From Octopus sinensis (Eukaryota), in NCBI RefSeq assembly GCF_006345805.1, contig NC_043006.1:72850001-72914000 (forward strand): a stretch of 64,000 bases of DNA, given 5' to 3'. Positions 39,015 to 51,900 of this stretch are shown in pieces (within the stretch, counting starts at the first letter, position 1; every line of letters begins with the position of its first letter). The notes beneath the pieces are model-generated. The model saw only the letters and a list, made by a program, of their open reading frames with translations. It ran no database searches and was not told the origin of the DNA. The position numbers and the translations under genes were made by a program.

Positions 39015-39370
39015 TGCAGGCATGGCTGTGTGGTATGAAGTTTGCTTCTCAACCACATGGTTCTGGGTTCAGTTCTGCTACATGACCTGGCACCTTTGGC
39101 AAGTATCTTCTACTATAGCCTCAGGTTGACCAAAGCCCTATGAGAGGATTTGGTAGATGGAAACTGAAAGAAGCCCATTGTATATAGATATATGTGTGTG
39201 TGTGTGTTCCCCTCCACCACTTAACAACCAGTGTTGGTGTGTTTACATCCCCATAACTTAGTGGTTCAGCAAAAAGACACTGATAAAATAAGTACTGGCA
39301 GTCAATTTGTTCAACCAAACTTTTTGAAGGTGGTGCCCCAGCTTGGCCTCAGTCTAATTACTGAAACAAA
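39015..39370 (+). mobile_element. SINE-A-related, diverged
   Basis: Head and tail motifs. Confidence 0.7.
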
Positions 39371-39513
39371 TAAAAGATACATAATGTACATGGTCAATGT
39401 TTATCACCAGGTTACTTTTTTAATACACCGCAGGTCAGTGGGTGGGTCAACTGATTGCCAACAGTTGGTTGTTTATTTATCTCTTGTTACAGATGGTGTA
39501 TCATGGTCCATGG

Positions 39514-39900
39514 TGGAGGCGCAATGGCCCAGTGGTTAGGGCAGCGAACTCGCGGTCATAGGATCGCGGTTTCGATCCCCAGACCGGGCGTTGTGAGTGT
39601 TTATTGAGCGAAAACACCTAAAAAGCTCCGCGAGGCTCCAGCAGGGGATGGTGGCGATCCCTGCTGTACTCTTTCACCACAACTTTCTCTCACTCTTACT
39701 TCCTGTTTCTGTTGTACCTGTATTTCAAGGGGCCAGCCTTGTCACTCTCTGTGTCACGCTGAATATCCCTGAGAACTACGTTAAGGGTGCACGTGTCTGT
39801 GGAGTGCTCAGCCACTTACACGTTAATTTCACGAGCAGGCTGTTCCGTTGATTCGGATCAACCGGAACCCTCATCATTGTAACTGACGGAGTGCTTCCAC
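39514..39900 (+). mobile_element. SINE-D (long-tail variant)
   Basis: tRNA head with A/B boxes; tail GAGAACTACGTTAAGGG...CTGACGGAGTGC. Confidence 0.9.
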
Positions 39901-40236
39901 CATCATGGTCAGTGACTACCCTCAGTGGCCTTGTCCACACCTAGTTTTGTGTTATAGTTCAACGTTAGGTCAACCCTGATCAAACAAACCTGTGGTTGTT
40001 TTTGTTTCTTCCCTTTTCAGCCTTATCTTTCTGTTTTTATGGCTTTATTATATGTGTCCTTTCTTTTAAAGATGGTAGAAGTATTATTTGAGGGAGAATT
40101 GCCTGTTATTTCTAGCTTGTTGAGTTAGCTCATACATACTCACTGTGTTTGGTGATAGATTTAAATTCTCTCTCTCTCTCTCTCTTTATTGGGGTCTTGT
40201 TTTCCATACTTGCACAAGTCAAAGAAAAGATTGAAT

Positions 40237-40340
40237 GACACTGCTTGTTTGACTTTGACACTACTTGTTTGACGGTGATGCTACTTGTTTGACGGTGACA
40301 CTACTTGTTTGATGGTGACACTGCTTGTATGATGGTGACT
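40237..40340. repeat. 20-bp minisatellite, about 5 units (GACACTACTTGTTTGACGGT)
   Basis: Expansion of a motif present once in related repeats, e.g. 7076-7100. Confidence 0.85.
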
Positions 40341-41142
40341 CTCGTTTACAACTATCATGCAGGAGACACTAACAAACACACTCACGCTCTTCTTTTCAGT
40401 CTCTGTCTGCCAAATCCTAGACTTTGGTTGGCCTGAAACTATAGTAAAAAAAAAAAAGCCCAAGATGACATGCAGTGGGACTGAACCTGAAATGATGTGG
40501 TCAGGAAGTAAGTTTCATTACCACACAGCCATACCTGCTCTTAAACTGTCACCCCAATATCAAACACCACCAACACCAGGCTCTTTAGCAGAATCCGTTT
40601 TGTGACAAGCATTTTGATTAGGTTTCCAGTTTGTATATAGCTTTATCCTTTCTCATTCCTACCAATCTTTGAGGCCCCCAAAAAGGTCATGAGTACTACC
40701 CTGTCTCTCCTCTGACTAGGCCACAAAGAAGTAAAATATAAATATAAATCTAGTATCAAAACCAGGTCACAGTCTCGTATTACATAGGTGCCATCTTGTT
40801 CCACTGTGTTCTCTATAATCACTTCAAATTCTAAATTGAATGACTCACTCGGTTGTAAGTTACACTCGTAATCACCCTTTCTCTGTCCTTCTTCTAATTT
40901 TTTTCATAGGAAAAACAAAAATAATGTGATATTTTCTAGGGTAGACTTTTAGTTTTAGATAGTAGGTGTGTGAGAAAATACAACTTTAAAACCAGTTTTA
41001 GATCTTGTTGTCATGTCTTTGACCAGAAGTTGATAATTTACTTAACATATTTTCAAGTGACGATTTTTCTTTTTTCTTCTCTCTATTTATTTATTTATGA
41101 AGACAAAATGCTGTTTACATTGTACTGCAATGTGTCTTATTT

Positions 41143-41970
41143 AATCATTTCTACTATAGGCACAAGACCTGAAATTTTTGGGGAGGGGATGAGTCGATTA
41201 TATTGATCCCAGTGTATAACTGGTACTTAATTTATTGACCCTGAAAGGATGAAAGGCAAAGTCGACCCTGGTGGTATTTGAACCCAGAGTATAAAGATGG
41301 ATGAAATACCGTTAAGCATTTTGTCCAGTGTGCTAATGATTCTGCCAGCTCATCGCCTTAATGAGTCTTAATTAATATTATAATTATGGTGGTGAGCTGG
41401 CAGAATCATTTGCATGATGGACAAATGTTTAGTAGCATTTTGTCCATCTTTATATTCTGAGTTCAAATTCTGCCAAAGGTTGACTTTGCCTTTCATCCTT
41501 TTGAGGTTGATAAAATAAGTACCAGCTGACCACTGGGGTTGATGTAATCAACTAGCTCCCACCCCAAATTTCAGGCCCTGTGCCTAAAGAAGAAAGGATC
41601 ATCATCATCATTATCATCATCATTAAAGTGGCAAGCTGTCAGAATCGTTAGCATGCTGGGTTAAATGCTTAGTAGTATTTCGTCTGCTGCTATATTTTGA
41701 GTTCAAACTCCGCTGTGGTCGGCCTCGCCTTTCATCCTTTCGGGGGTCAATAAATTAAGTACCAGTTGAGTATTGGGGTCAGTCTAATCGACTAATCCCC
41801 TCCCCCCAAATTTGAGACCTTGTGCTTCCACTAAAAAGGATCGTTGTTATTATCATTATTAAGAAGGTAGTGAGCTGGCAGAACCGTTAACCAGCTGAGT
41901 ACTGTGGTTGGTGTAATCAAATTACCCCCTTCTCTGAAATTGCTGGCCTTGTGCCAAAATTTGAAAGCAT
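41143..41970. mobile_element. SINE-B cluster including a head-to-head inverted pair
   Basis: Minus copy 41143-41360, plus copies 41388-41600, 41625-41850 and a partial copy 41870-41970. Confidence 0.85.
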
Positions 41971-42398
41971 AATTTTTTTTTTCTCAGAGTTCTCGGTTTT
42001 ACTTGCTCTGGTTGATTCTGTGAGAGTGGACAGCAACCTGTTATCAGAGGCCTCACAGGGTCTCTTCCCGCAAAATTATTGTCGTTGTCCTCCTCCTTTT
42101 GGGGTCAATAAATTAAGTACCAGTCAAATATTAGCCCCCCCCCCTTTAATATTTCAGGCCTTGTGCTTATAGTAGAAAAGATTATTATTATTATTGAAGA
42201 CTTTACACAGTATCCAGTATTGTGATGTATATCGAAGATATTGTGTTTACCAGGGATTTTGCGCTGTCTGTCATATCACAACACGGACCTCAGACAGACA
42301 GTACTTTGTGCAGTATGTGTGCAGTTTGTAAGTAAAGACGATTTTTGCAGCACACTAAGATTGTAAGGTATTCTTCAAGTGTTCAGATGTTTCTTCAG

Positions 42399-42776
42399 GT
42401 TAAGTTAAGTTAATTTTTTGGCTCAAAAAGCAAAAAGCAAGGCCATGTTGGGGGTCATGGAGTTATGTACAGGGTGGTGTTCATGCAAAGAGTTCAGGCC
42501 ATTTCTGGTCAAGGGAGACTTTGAACCGAGCAGTCGTTAGCATCTTCACTATCTCGTCCGGCAGCTTATTCCACGGATCCGCAACCCGGGCGGAGAAAGC
42601 CCCCTCTCCTTCGATTGAGATGAAATCGCCGCAGATAGAGCTTTTTGGAGTGACCTCGCAGCCGACGCTCTGGAGCAGGAGTGAAGAACTGCTCTTTTGA
42701 GAGGTTACACTTTCCGCTTATGATGTTGTGAGCAAGAATGAGATCACTATGGCGGCGGCGTTTTTCTAGAGAAAAG
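42399..42776 (-). mobile_element. CR1-clade LINE, 5'-truncated 3' end
   Basis: Minus frame FSLEKRRRHSDLILAHNII...LRGHSKKL...FSARVADPWNKLP...ELFA* (stop 42481-42483), typical of the CR1 ORF2 C-terminus; short (TTAAC)n tail. Confidence 0.85.
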
Positions 42777-43524
42777 GTTGGATTGTATTGAACCTTTATT
42801 GTTATTTACAATAGTCATGTGATATCTGGACACGGGTATATGCAAACACAAGCACATGCACAGCTCTATGAAAGTTGTGAGTTATGGGCATTGTTGCTGT
42901 CACTTTTGCCAACAGATCATCCGCTTGCTTGGAAGACCTATGAAATAAGGTGTTCCTTATTTGAAAAGTAGTTAAGGGTGAGTGACAGGAAAGGCATCTG
43001 GCTATAAACAATGCCTCAGTAATATATTCATCTAATCCATGCTAGCATGGGAAAAGACGTAAAAATAAATGAATGAGTTGGCAGGCCTGTTGACGTGCCT
43101 TTCATATTTAGTTTTATCTCAACATTTTGGGTTTGTATATTGCCATGGTTACAAAAAAACAAAAAAGAAAGAAAAAAGAAACCATAAGAAAAACCACAAG
43201 TGAAGCACTGAGGTTGATTCATTTAACTATACACTTCCTGCACACACTCAGATTGGCAGATTTTCTCTATTTTGAGTATGCAAACTAGATGACTAAGATC
43301 TGCGTCAGACAGATGGCGTGATGCTAAGATCCATCCAACCCATGCCAGCATGTAAAAGGTTGATACATGTGTCTGTGTGTTTGTTTGCAATCTTCGTTTA
43401 ACGTCCACTTTTCTATGTTTGCATGGGTTAGATTTTACTGTAGCAGAATTTGTCTGGCTGGATGCTTTCCTGTTATCAATCCTCACTTGTTTCCATTATG
43501 GTAATATATTCTCATAGCTAAATA

Positions 43525-43580
<56 letters not shown>

Positions 43581-43602
43581 ATATATATATAATATATATA
43601 TA

Positions 43603-43978
43603 CTAGCAGTATCGCCCGGCGTTGCTCGGATTTGTAAGGGAAATAACTATATAAGCATTTTTAGAGAGTTATAGCCAAAAAATAGCAAAAAAATGCATTA
43701 AAAATGGAAAAAATATTATGGTAATTTTTTTTAAAAATCGTTGACTCATCGTAGACATTTTTAGAGTTACTTCCCTTATATAATAGCGAAAAAATGATGG
43801 TAAATTTTTTTTATAAATCGTAGGCTCATCGTAGACGCGCGCTAATACCCAGAAGGGCTCGATATGAATCACGACTATAAGATACCCGGTTTTGGTTAAA
43901 CTGCACCGCAAAATGTGGGAGTAGTTAGGAATCTAAATCGTAGGAGACAGACACACACTTCACTTTTATATATAAAGA
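43603..43978 (-). mobile_element. Non-autonomous Helitron (376 bp)
   Basis: Minus strand starts TC (43978), ends CTAG (43603), inserted between A and T inside (TA)n; GC hairpin CCG-A-GC-AAC-GC-CGG about 12 nt from the 3' end; CpG-rich. Confidence 0.85.
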
Positions 43979-44579
43979 TATATATATATAGTTAATCCAA
44001 ACAAGAAAGCACAATATATATATATATATATATATATAATTATATATATAATTATATATATTATGTCATATATAAACAAACATAAGTTTGTTTTTGAAGC
44101 ACTGAAATGTATTGTAGTACAAGTAGAAAGATATTTTTTTCAACATGTAAGTACTGATAGAACAGCATATCTATTATATGAAATATAAGATAAAATACTT
44201 ACAGAGCAGAAAAATTTGTCAGCAAGCACAGATTTTTCTGCTCTGCGAGGATTTTATCCTATATATACTGCTGTACAATCTGCCAGGGCCTTCCAAATCT
44301 TCTCCTTAGTATCATTACTCCATCTTTGTCATCCACAAGTATATATACACCTCTATACACGCCATTATTCAAATAAAGATATTTACCTCATACATATTGA
44401 TGTAGTAAACATACAATAGCTAGACCTGTCACCACCTGAAGCCACCAATACAATAACAATACTGTACACATACAAACACTCCTTTCTTTTTATTTATATC
44501 CTGTTTAACTAATGTCCACATTTATGTTAATTAGGGTGGCAGTAAATTGTATTGCGGTTTTTGGAGGTACCAGCTTTTA

Positions 44580-44960
44580 CCTTTTTACCTTTATTTGTTT
44601 GAGGCATTAGACTGTGGCCATGCTGGGGCATTGTCTTGAAGAATTTTTAGTCAAATGGATTGACCCCAGTACTTCGTTTTCCAAGTCTGGTACTTATTCT
44701 ATCAGTTTCTATTGCTGAACTGCTAAGTCATGGAGGTGTAAAGTCACCAATACCAGCTGTTAAGCAGTGGTGGGGGACAAAGACACACACACATACACAC
44801 ACACAAAATCGACTTCTTTTAGTTTATGTCTACCAAATGCACTCACAAGGCTTTGGTTGGCCCAAGGCTATAGTAGAAGACACTTACCCAAGGTGCCAAG
44901 CCGTAGGACTGAACCCAGGACATTGTCGTTGAGAAGCAAGCTTCTTTTCACACCTGCACC
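44580..44960 (-). mobile_element. SINE-A-related, diverged
   Basis: Head and tail motifs. Confidence 0.7.
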
Positions 44961-44999
44961 TACTATTGGCAAAACAGAAAAGCCAGCCCTTCAACTAGC

Positions 45000-45400
45000 T
45001 ATTTAAGCCTTTAGCATTAAACTACTTATATTCTTGGTTGTCCGCTGACTGACTCCTGTGCCGGTGGCATGTAAAAAGCACCATTCGAGTGTGATCATTA
45101 CCAGTGTTGCCTTACTGGCATGTGAAAGACAACATTTGAGCTGGACTGGCTCCTGTGCATGTAAAAAACACCATTCGAACGTAGCTGTTGCAAGTACCGC
45201 CTGACTGGCCCTCGTGCCGGTGGCATGTAAAAGTACCCACGACACTCTCTGAGTGGTTGGCATTAGGAAGAGCATCTGACAGTAGAAACTCAGCTAGATC
45301 AGATTGGAGCCTGGTACAGCCTTCTGCCTTGCCAGTCCTCAGTCAAACCGTCAAACCCATGCTAGCATGGAAAGCGGACGTTAAATGATGATGATGATGT
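45000..45400 (+). mobile_element. SINE-C
   Basis: Family consensus match. Confidence 0.85.
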
Positions 45401-46358
45401 TGTGGTGGACTGAGGGTGGAATATGAACTGAACTTCTGTGATTTTGGAGTTACATTGTGACTCTATGTGTATCAGCCATTGAACTGTGGCCATACTGGGA
45501 CCCAATCATGAAGGTTTTAGTCATACAAATTGACCCTAGTTCTAATTTTCAAGTCTGGTACTTGTTCTCACTGTTTCTTTTGCCAAACTACTAAGTTAGG
45601 TGGACATAAATAAACCAGCACCGGTTGTCAAGTGGTAGTGAAACACACACACACACACTATGATGGGCTTCCCCACAGATTCCACCTAACAAATTCACTT
45701 ACAAAGCATTGACTGGCCTGGAGTTATAGTAGAAAACGCTTACCCAATGTTCCACACAGTGGAACTGAACCTGAAACCATATGATCATGAAGCAAGGTTT
45801 TTTAACCACACAGACCACCCACACCTAATGTGCACATGAAATTGCAATATATATCTTTGTTGAACCTTGATATTTCTAGCAAGCTTGGGAGCAGACAGGC
45901 ACCAAAATAGCAAATTGTTTTTGACTAAGTGAAGCCTAGAGTAAAAGGCAAAATAATACTTGTATTGTATACTATGTGATTGATACTGATATAACTTACA
46001 TAGAATTAGTTCATGCTTATTTGGTTTCTTTATTACAAGGCGTTACTCTTGCGTCACATATTTACTATACTGTGATACAAAATTGAAGTAGGTTAGTGGA
46101 AGAATCAAAGAAAATGGGAGTACAGACTACTCTTTTACTTGTTTCAGTCATTTGACTATGGCCATGCTGGAGCACCGCCTTTAGTCGAGCACATCGACCC
46201 AAGGACTCATTCTTTGTAAGCCTAGTACTTATTCTATCGGTGTCTTTTGCTGAACTGCTAAGTTACGGGGACGTAAACACACCAGCTTTGGTTGTCGAGC
46301 GATGTTGGGGGGACAAACACAGACACACAAACATATACACACACATACATACATACAT

Positions 46359-46399
<41 letters not shown>

Positions 46400-46490
46400 T
46401 ACATGTAGGTCCCGGGTTGATTCGGGGTTAACCACAGTAAATAAGGTACTCAATACATAGCAGAGTAAAATTAATTTATTATATAGAAGG

Positions 46491-46541
46491 AGCTTCTACA
46501 GGACTAGAACTGTTTCATTCAAGAGAAATCTTCAGGAAGCT
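46491..46541 (-). ncRNA. Type I hammerhead ribozyme (left arm of palindrome)
   Basis: Exact reverse complement of 47152-47202. Confidence 0.75.
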
Positions 46542-47151
46542 AGTTAACAAGAAATGTATTGGCATTTATACATTTAGGCAGGTTTAAAGGGGTGGTGGTG
46601 GGGGACTTTTTGGGGGTAGGCATAGCGCAAAAATATCATACTTGGGGGAGTGGTCAAGGAGTCAGTGGTAAATTAGATAAAAGAATAAATAAAAGAATAA
46701 AAAAATATATAGAAGAATAGAGTTTTAGGTAAATAAGGAGATTCTCACTTATACCTATACACATATGTATACATATACACACACACACACACACACACAT
46801 ATACATACACACACACACACATATACATACACATATATATACATACATATATGTATGTATATATATGTGTATGTATATGTGTGTGTGTGTGTGTATGTAT
46901 GTGTGTGTGTGTGTATATATGTATACATATGTGTATAGGTATAAGTGAGAATCTCCTTATTTACCTAAAACTCTATTCTTCTATATATTTTTTTATTCTT
47001 TTATTTATTCTTTTATCTAATTTACCACTGACTCCTTGACCAGTCCCCCAAGTATGGTATTTTTGCGCTATGCCTACCCCCAAAAAGTCCCCCACCACCA
47101 CCCCTTTAAACCTGCCTAAATGTATAAATGCCAATACAATTCTTGTTAACT

Positions 47152-47202
47152 AGCTTCCTGAAGATTTCTCTTGAATGAAACAGTTCTAGTCCTGTAGAAG
47201 CT
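47152..47202 (+). ncRNA. Type I hammerhead ribozyme (right arm of palindrome)
   Basis: Stem I AGCUUC/GAAGCU; core CUGAAGA 47158-47164; stem II U.U + UUC-UCUU-GAA; GAAA 47177-47180; stem III ACAG/CUGU with a CUAG-containing loop; GUA triplet 47194-47196. Confidence 0.75.
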
Positions 47203-47213
47203 CCTTCTATATA

Positions 47214-47255
<42 letters not shown>

Positions 47256-47260
47256 TATAT

Positions 47261-47296
<36 letters not shown>

Positions 47297-47309
47297 TATA
47301 TATACACAC

Positions 47310-47357
<48 letters not shown>

Positions 47358-48059
47358 GTATGTATATATACACACACACACACATACAATGGGCTTCTTT
47401 CAGTTTCCGCCTACCAAATCCACTCACAAGGCTTTGGTCGACTCGAGGCTATAGTAGAAGACACTTGCTCAAGGTGCCATGCAGTGGGACTGAACCTGGA
47501 ACCATGTAGTTCGTAAGCAAGCTACTTACCACACAGCCACTCCTATGTAAAAATATTATGTAAAAAATTGCAATAAAAGCAATAATTTGCCGTAACTTAT
47601 ATTGGCATATTCACTAACAAAATATTTTCATGTTTCAACTTAGTCGTCATCACCATCATTGTTTAACGTTTGTTTTCCATGCTGACACCTGTTGGATGCT
47701 TTGGTAGATTTTCTATGGCCAGATGTCCTTGTTGCCAACTATTGCCTATTTCCAAGCAAGGTAATATTTTCCTGAAGCTAGGCATGTTTTCGTGGAAGAC
47801 TAGAAGAAAGCAGTCTTACTTGTATGACAATGATGATCATTTGCAATCATCATCTGATGTTTAGACAGCAGTGGAGGGGGGAAAAAGAGACTGGCTTCTT
47901 TCAGTTTTCTTCTCCCAAATCCATTCACAAGGCTTTGATTGGCCCAGGGCTATAATACAAAATACATGCCCAAGATTTCGTGCATTGGGACTAAACTCGA
48001 AACCATGTTGTCGGAATCATTTGCTGTATAGAATATGCTTTGCTAAGGAAGTATCATCA

Positions 48060-48350
48060 CCATCATCATCATTCAATGTCCATTTTCCATGCTGGCATGG
48101 GTTTGATAGCTTGACAGGAATTGGCAAGGCCAGGGGCCCCACCAGGTTCTGTTGTCTGTTTTGGCATGGTTTCTACAGCTGGATGCCCTTCCTAATGCCA
48201 ACCACTATACAGAATGTACTGGGTGCTTTCTATGTGGCACCAGAACCTGTGCTTTTTACATGGCAGCTTGGTTTTAGGGTCCCAATTCTGTTGTGGTGAG
48301 CAGGTCTTTTTGAGTACAGCAATGCACCACATATCTCAGTCCTCTGTCGT
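48060..48350 (-). mobile_element. SINE-C-related, diverged
   Basis: (CAT)n start and GGATGCCCTTCCTAATGCCAACC block. Confidence 0.7.
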
Positions 48351-48374
48351 CTCCTTCATAAGGATATATATATA

Positions 48375-48745
48375 TATGATTCCGGGTTCAGTCCCACTGT
48401 GTGGCACCTGGGGCAAGTGTCTTCTACTATAGTCTTGGGCCAACCAAAGTGTTGTGAGTGGATTTGGTAGATGGAAACTGGAAGAAGCCTGTTGTATATA
48501 TGTATATATATATGTGTGTGTATATATATATATATATGTTTGTGTGTCTGTGTTTGTCCTCCCAACATCGCTTGACAACCAATGCTAGTGTGTTTACGTC
48601 CCCGTAAATTAGCGGTTTGGCAAAAGAGACCGATAGAATAAGTACTAGGCTTACAAAAAATAAGTCCTGGGCTCGATTTGCTCGACTAAAGGCGGTGCTC
48701 CAGCATGGCCACAGTCAAATTAAAGTAGAGAGAGTAAAGAGTGTA
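48375..48745 (+). mobile_element. SINE-A (5' slightly truncated)
   Basis: Family consensus match. Confidence 0.85.
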
Positions 48746-49579
48746 TATACACACATATATATATATGACTAAAACATCTCTGTTGCTGTCAGCAGTTTGC
48801 TTTGAAGATCGGATCCATTCTCAAATTGTCCAGAAATGTAAGTCAACTGACCTTATTGGAGTTATTTCCTTAGTTGAGTTTAGATTTTGAACACTCATGC
48901 TGAAGTAGTTTTTGTCCTCCAATTACTTGGATAAGATCAGTTGATCAAAGTTTCATAGCTTATTATATTACATTACTAGGACTCTACAGTATTGTGAGCA
49001 AAAAGGTATTGCAGCTGTGACTATGAAATTTTAAAATAATGGGGTGTAGTTTGAGAGTGATTTGACTGCTATTTTTAACCGGTCGTGTAGCAACATAGAA
49101 GTTCCTTCATTCATCGTCGTCGTCATCATCATCATCATCACAATTTTAATGTCCATTTTCCCATGCTTGCATGGATCAGGTGGAATTTGTTAAGGCAAAT
49201 TTTCTATGGCTGGATGCACTTCCTGTTGCCAACCCTCACCTGTTTTCCAGATGTATTTCATAGAAAACAGGAAGCAGACAGCATCAGCTGTATGGTGATA
49301 ATGTTTTTTTTATGACCATTATGTGATGTGAAGATAGGCTTCTTTCAGTTTCTGTCAAACAAATTCATTCACAAGGCTTTGGTTGGTTTAGAGCTATAGT
49401 AGAAAACTTTTACCCAAGGTCTCGCACGGTGGGACTGAACACAATACCACATGAGATGGAATATGAGCTTTTTAACCATTCAACCATGCTTGCACCTATA
49501 TAGAAAACCAGTTTCTTTCTAATGGGCCGTTTTTTTGTTTTTTCTTCTTTTTTTCATTTTCTATATGATGTATATCAGT

Positions 49580-49980
49580 TTCAAATTTTGGCACAAGGTC
49601 ATTAATTTTAGCAATTACATCGACCCCAGTGCTTGACTGGTACTTGATGTATTGGCCCCCAAAAGGATAAAAGGTAAAAGTTGACCTTGGCTGAATTTGA
49701 ACTCAGAATGTAAAGATGAGCAAAATGCTTAGCCCAGTGTGCTAATGATTCTGCCAGTTTGACGCCTTGCAAGTGATAAATATTCTTTTCTACTCTGGGG
49801 CAGTGGGGGCATTCGGTTAGATCAACACCAGTATGCAACTGGTACTTATTTTATCGACCCCGAAAGGATGAAAGGCAAAGTCAACCTCAGTGGAATTTGA
49901 ACTCACAACGTAAAGACACATGAAACACCCCTAAGCATTTCGCCTGGTGTGCTAACGATTCTACCAGCTCGCAGCCTTCC
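49580..49980 (-). mobile_element. Two SINE-B copies
   Basis: Core and head motifs twice. Confidence 0.8.
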
Positions 49981-50146
49981 TAGTGATAAATATTAGAACT
50001 ACTCACTTATTTTCAACTTCCTGTTGAAGAGACTTTTACTTCATTTATTTTCAAGTGGGGTAGGAGTTCATTTAATATTTTTCACGCCAGGGGGCCTATC
50101 AACAAAATAGCTTTTCTCATTTTGACATCTGTGATTGAGGGCTTGT

Positions 50147-50199
<53 letters not shown>

Positions 50200-50969
50200 T
50201 ACAGAGAGTAGGGAGGAGTGAGTGAAAGAGTGAGAGGAGAATTAAGTGAAACATACCACTTTTTGTTTTGTTGTTGCAGTGCCATATCTACAAACTTTTG
50301 CAAGAAGACTGTAAATCCATTATACATATTGAGGAAGGCATGGCTGTGTGGTTTCTTAATTTGCTTTGAAACCATGTGGGTTTATGCTTGGCCTCAATGT
50401 GGAGCACATTGCACAAGTGTGTTTTTTCTATGGCTGTAGCTTGACCAGTGTTCTCTAAGTGAATTTGGTAGATGGAAATTGCAGATGCTTGTGTGTGAAG
50501 TTTGTTTCTGAATCACAAGGTTTCAAGTTTAGTTCCGTTGCATGGCACCTTGGGCTAGTGACTATACCAGTGGTAGGATGGGGACAAAAACAGGCACACA
50601 AACACACAAAATGTTTGTGTCAATCGTGTTCAGTTAAATTGTAATGTTTCACACTTTCTGTCTGTACAAACATATTGTGTGTGTGTGTGTGTGTGTGTAC
50701 ATGGCGGGTTTCCACACAGTTTCTCTCTTAAATTCAAGGCATTGGTTGGCTTTGGGCCAACCACAAATGATTTCTTTTCAATGAGGGATATAGTGGTAGA
50801 CACTTGCCTAATATGCTGTGCAGTGGGACTGAACCTGAAACCACCTGATTGCCAAGCAAGCTTCTTAGCCACACAGCCATGTCTGTTCCTTTAAATATTT
50901 TTAATTCCATCACTTGAAGGGGGAGGGGGAAAGAAGAATATCCTTTGGCCTTTACTATTTTGCATTTCA

Positions 50970-51583
50970 TCCTTTAGCGTTCAGATCACTCTGTTAAATG
51001 TAATGATTATGCATTCATATTCTTTTAAATTTATCACACATCGTAGGGTGACCTGCTGTGCTTGAGGAGACCTATTGAGTCAAGTACATCAACATCGAAA
51101 TAAAAATCAAATGGAAATTGTAGTTGTGATACCCGTGCTGGTGGCACGTAAAAAGCACCATCAAAATGTGGCCGATGCCAGCACTGCCTTGACTGGCTTC
51201 CGTGCCAGTAGCATGTAAAAAGCACCAACCGATTGTGGCCATTGCCAGCCTCCCCTGGCACGTAAAAAAGTACCCACTACACTCACGGAGTGGTTGGCGT
51301 GAGGAAGGGCATCCAGCTGTAGAAACACTGCCAGATCAAGATTGGGGTCTGGTGCAGCATCCTGGCTTGCCAGAACCCCGGTCGAACCGTCCAACCCATG
51401 CTAGCATGGAAAACAGATGTTAAACGATGATGATGATGATAATTATCATGTAGTCTCAATTGTGTGTTTGTATAGCTTTAGAATGACATTGTAGGGTAGG
51501 TGTGAGAGGTTGGATCTGGTCATTTTTAACATAAAACATGTACAATATTTGGACCTGATATGGCCGGATTAAATGCAAAAATG
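50970..51583. mobile_element. piggyBac-type MITE family 2 interrupted by SINE-C
   Basis: CCTTTAGCGTTCAGATCACTCTG left end; TAGAATGACATTGTAGGGTAGG...AAAAATG|TTAA right end; SINE-C in between. Confidence 0.65.
51030..51440 (+). mobile_element. SINE-C, longest copy; (GAT)n 3' tail
   Basis: Internal GCAYGTAAAAAGCACC subrepeats, GGTTGGCGT(T)AGGAAGGGCATCCAGCTGTAGAAAC block, CATGCTAGCATGG...GTTAAACGATGATGAT end (RTE-type tail inferred). Confidence 0.85.
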
Positions 51584-51900
51584 TTAAACATCTTAAAGCC
51601 AGCTCCAGCTGTATGCCTTCATCCTCTTTCTTTCTTCTCCTCACAAAATATGTTCATTTTTGCTCTAAAAGGTTGTAGTTCTTTGATGCCAAGAAAAACA
51701 GGATTCTTTGAACTATTATAAGCAACAACATTCAACACTACTAAGATGAAGATTCCAGATAAAATTTGAGCAGGAATGGACTTTCAGCTATTTGTTTACT
51801 TTAATCTCATCTCAGTGTTTGTTGTCATTATAACTTGTTGTCTTATATTGGATCCCCTCTCCTTCCCTCCTGTCTATTTATTTATTTATCTCTATTTCTA

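Larger units (their letters stand above)
46405..47219. mobile_element. Inverted pair of Penelope-like pseudo-LTR ends forming a 746-bp palindrome (46474-47219) plus a 70-bp single-copy tail
   Basis: Arms are reverse complements about a centre at 46849/46850 with no spacer; three substitutions seen plus microsatellite length differences; each arm carries an HHR; inserted in the (TA)n/(CA)n tract of a SINE-A. Penelope assignment is inferred. Confidence 0.7.
46128..47545 (-). mobile_element. SINE-A split by the palindromic insertion
   Basis: Tail half 46128-46400 and head half 47220-47545 flank the insert within the microsatellite. Confidence 0.85.

Noticed and set aside
39514-39590. tRNA-like sequences with A/B boxes (also 4454, 31992, 52766)
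   Set aside because: SINE heads continuing into repeat bodies; no complete cloverleaf with acceptor stem.
43139-43152. Near-consensus RFX X-box (GTAACCATGGCAAT on minus)
   Set aside because: Single mid-intron hit next to degenerate repeats with no other promoter evidence.
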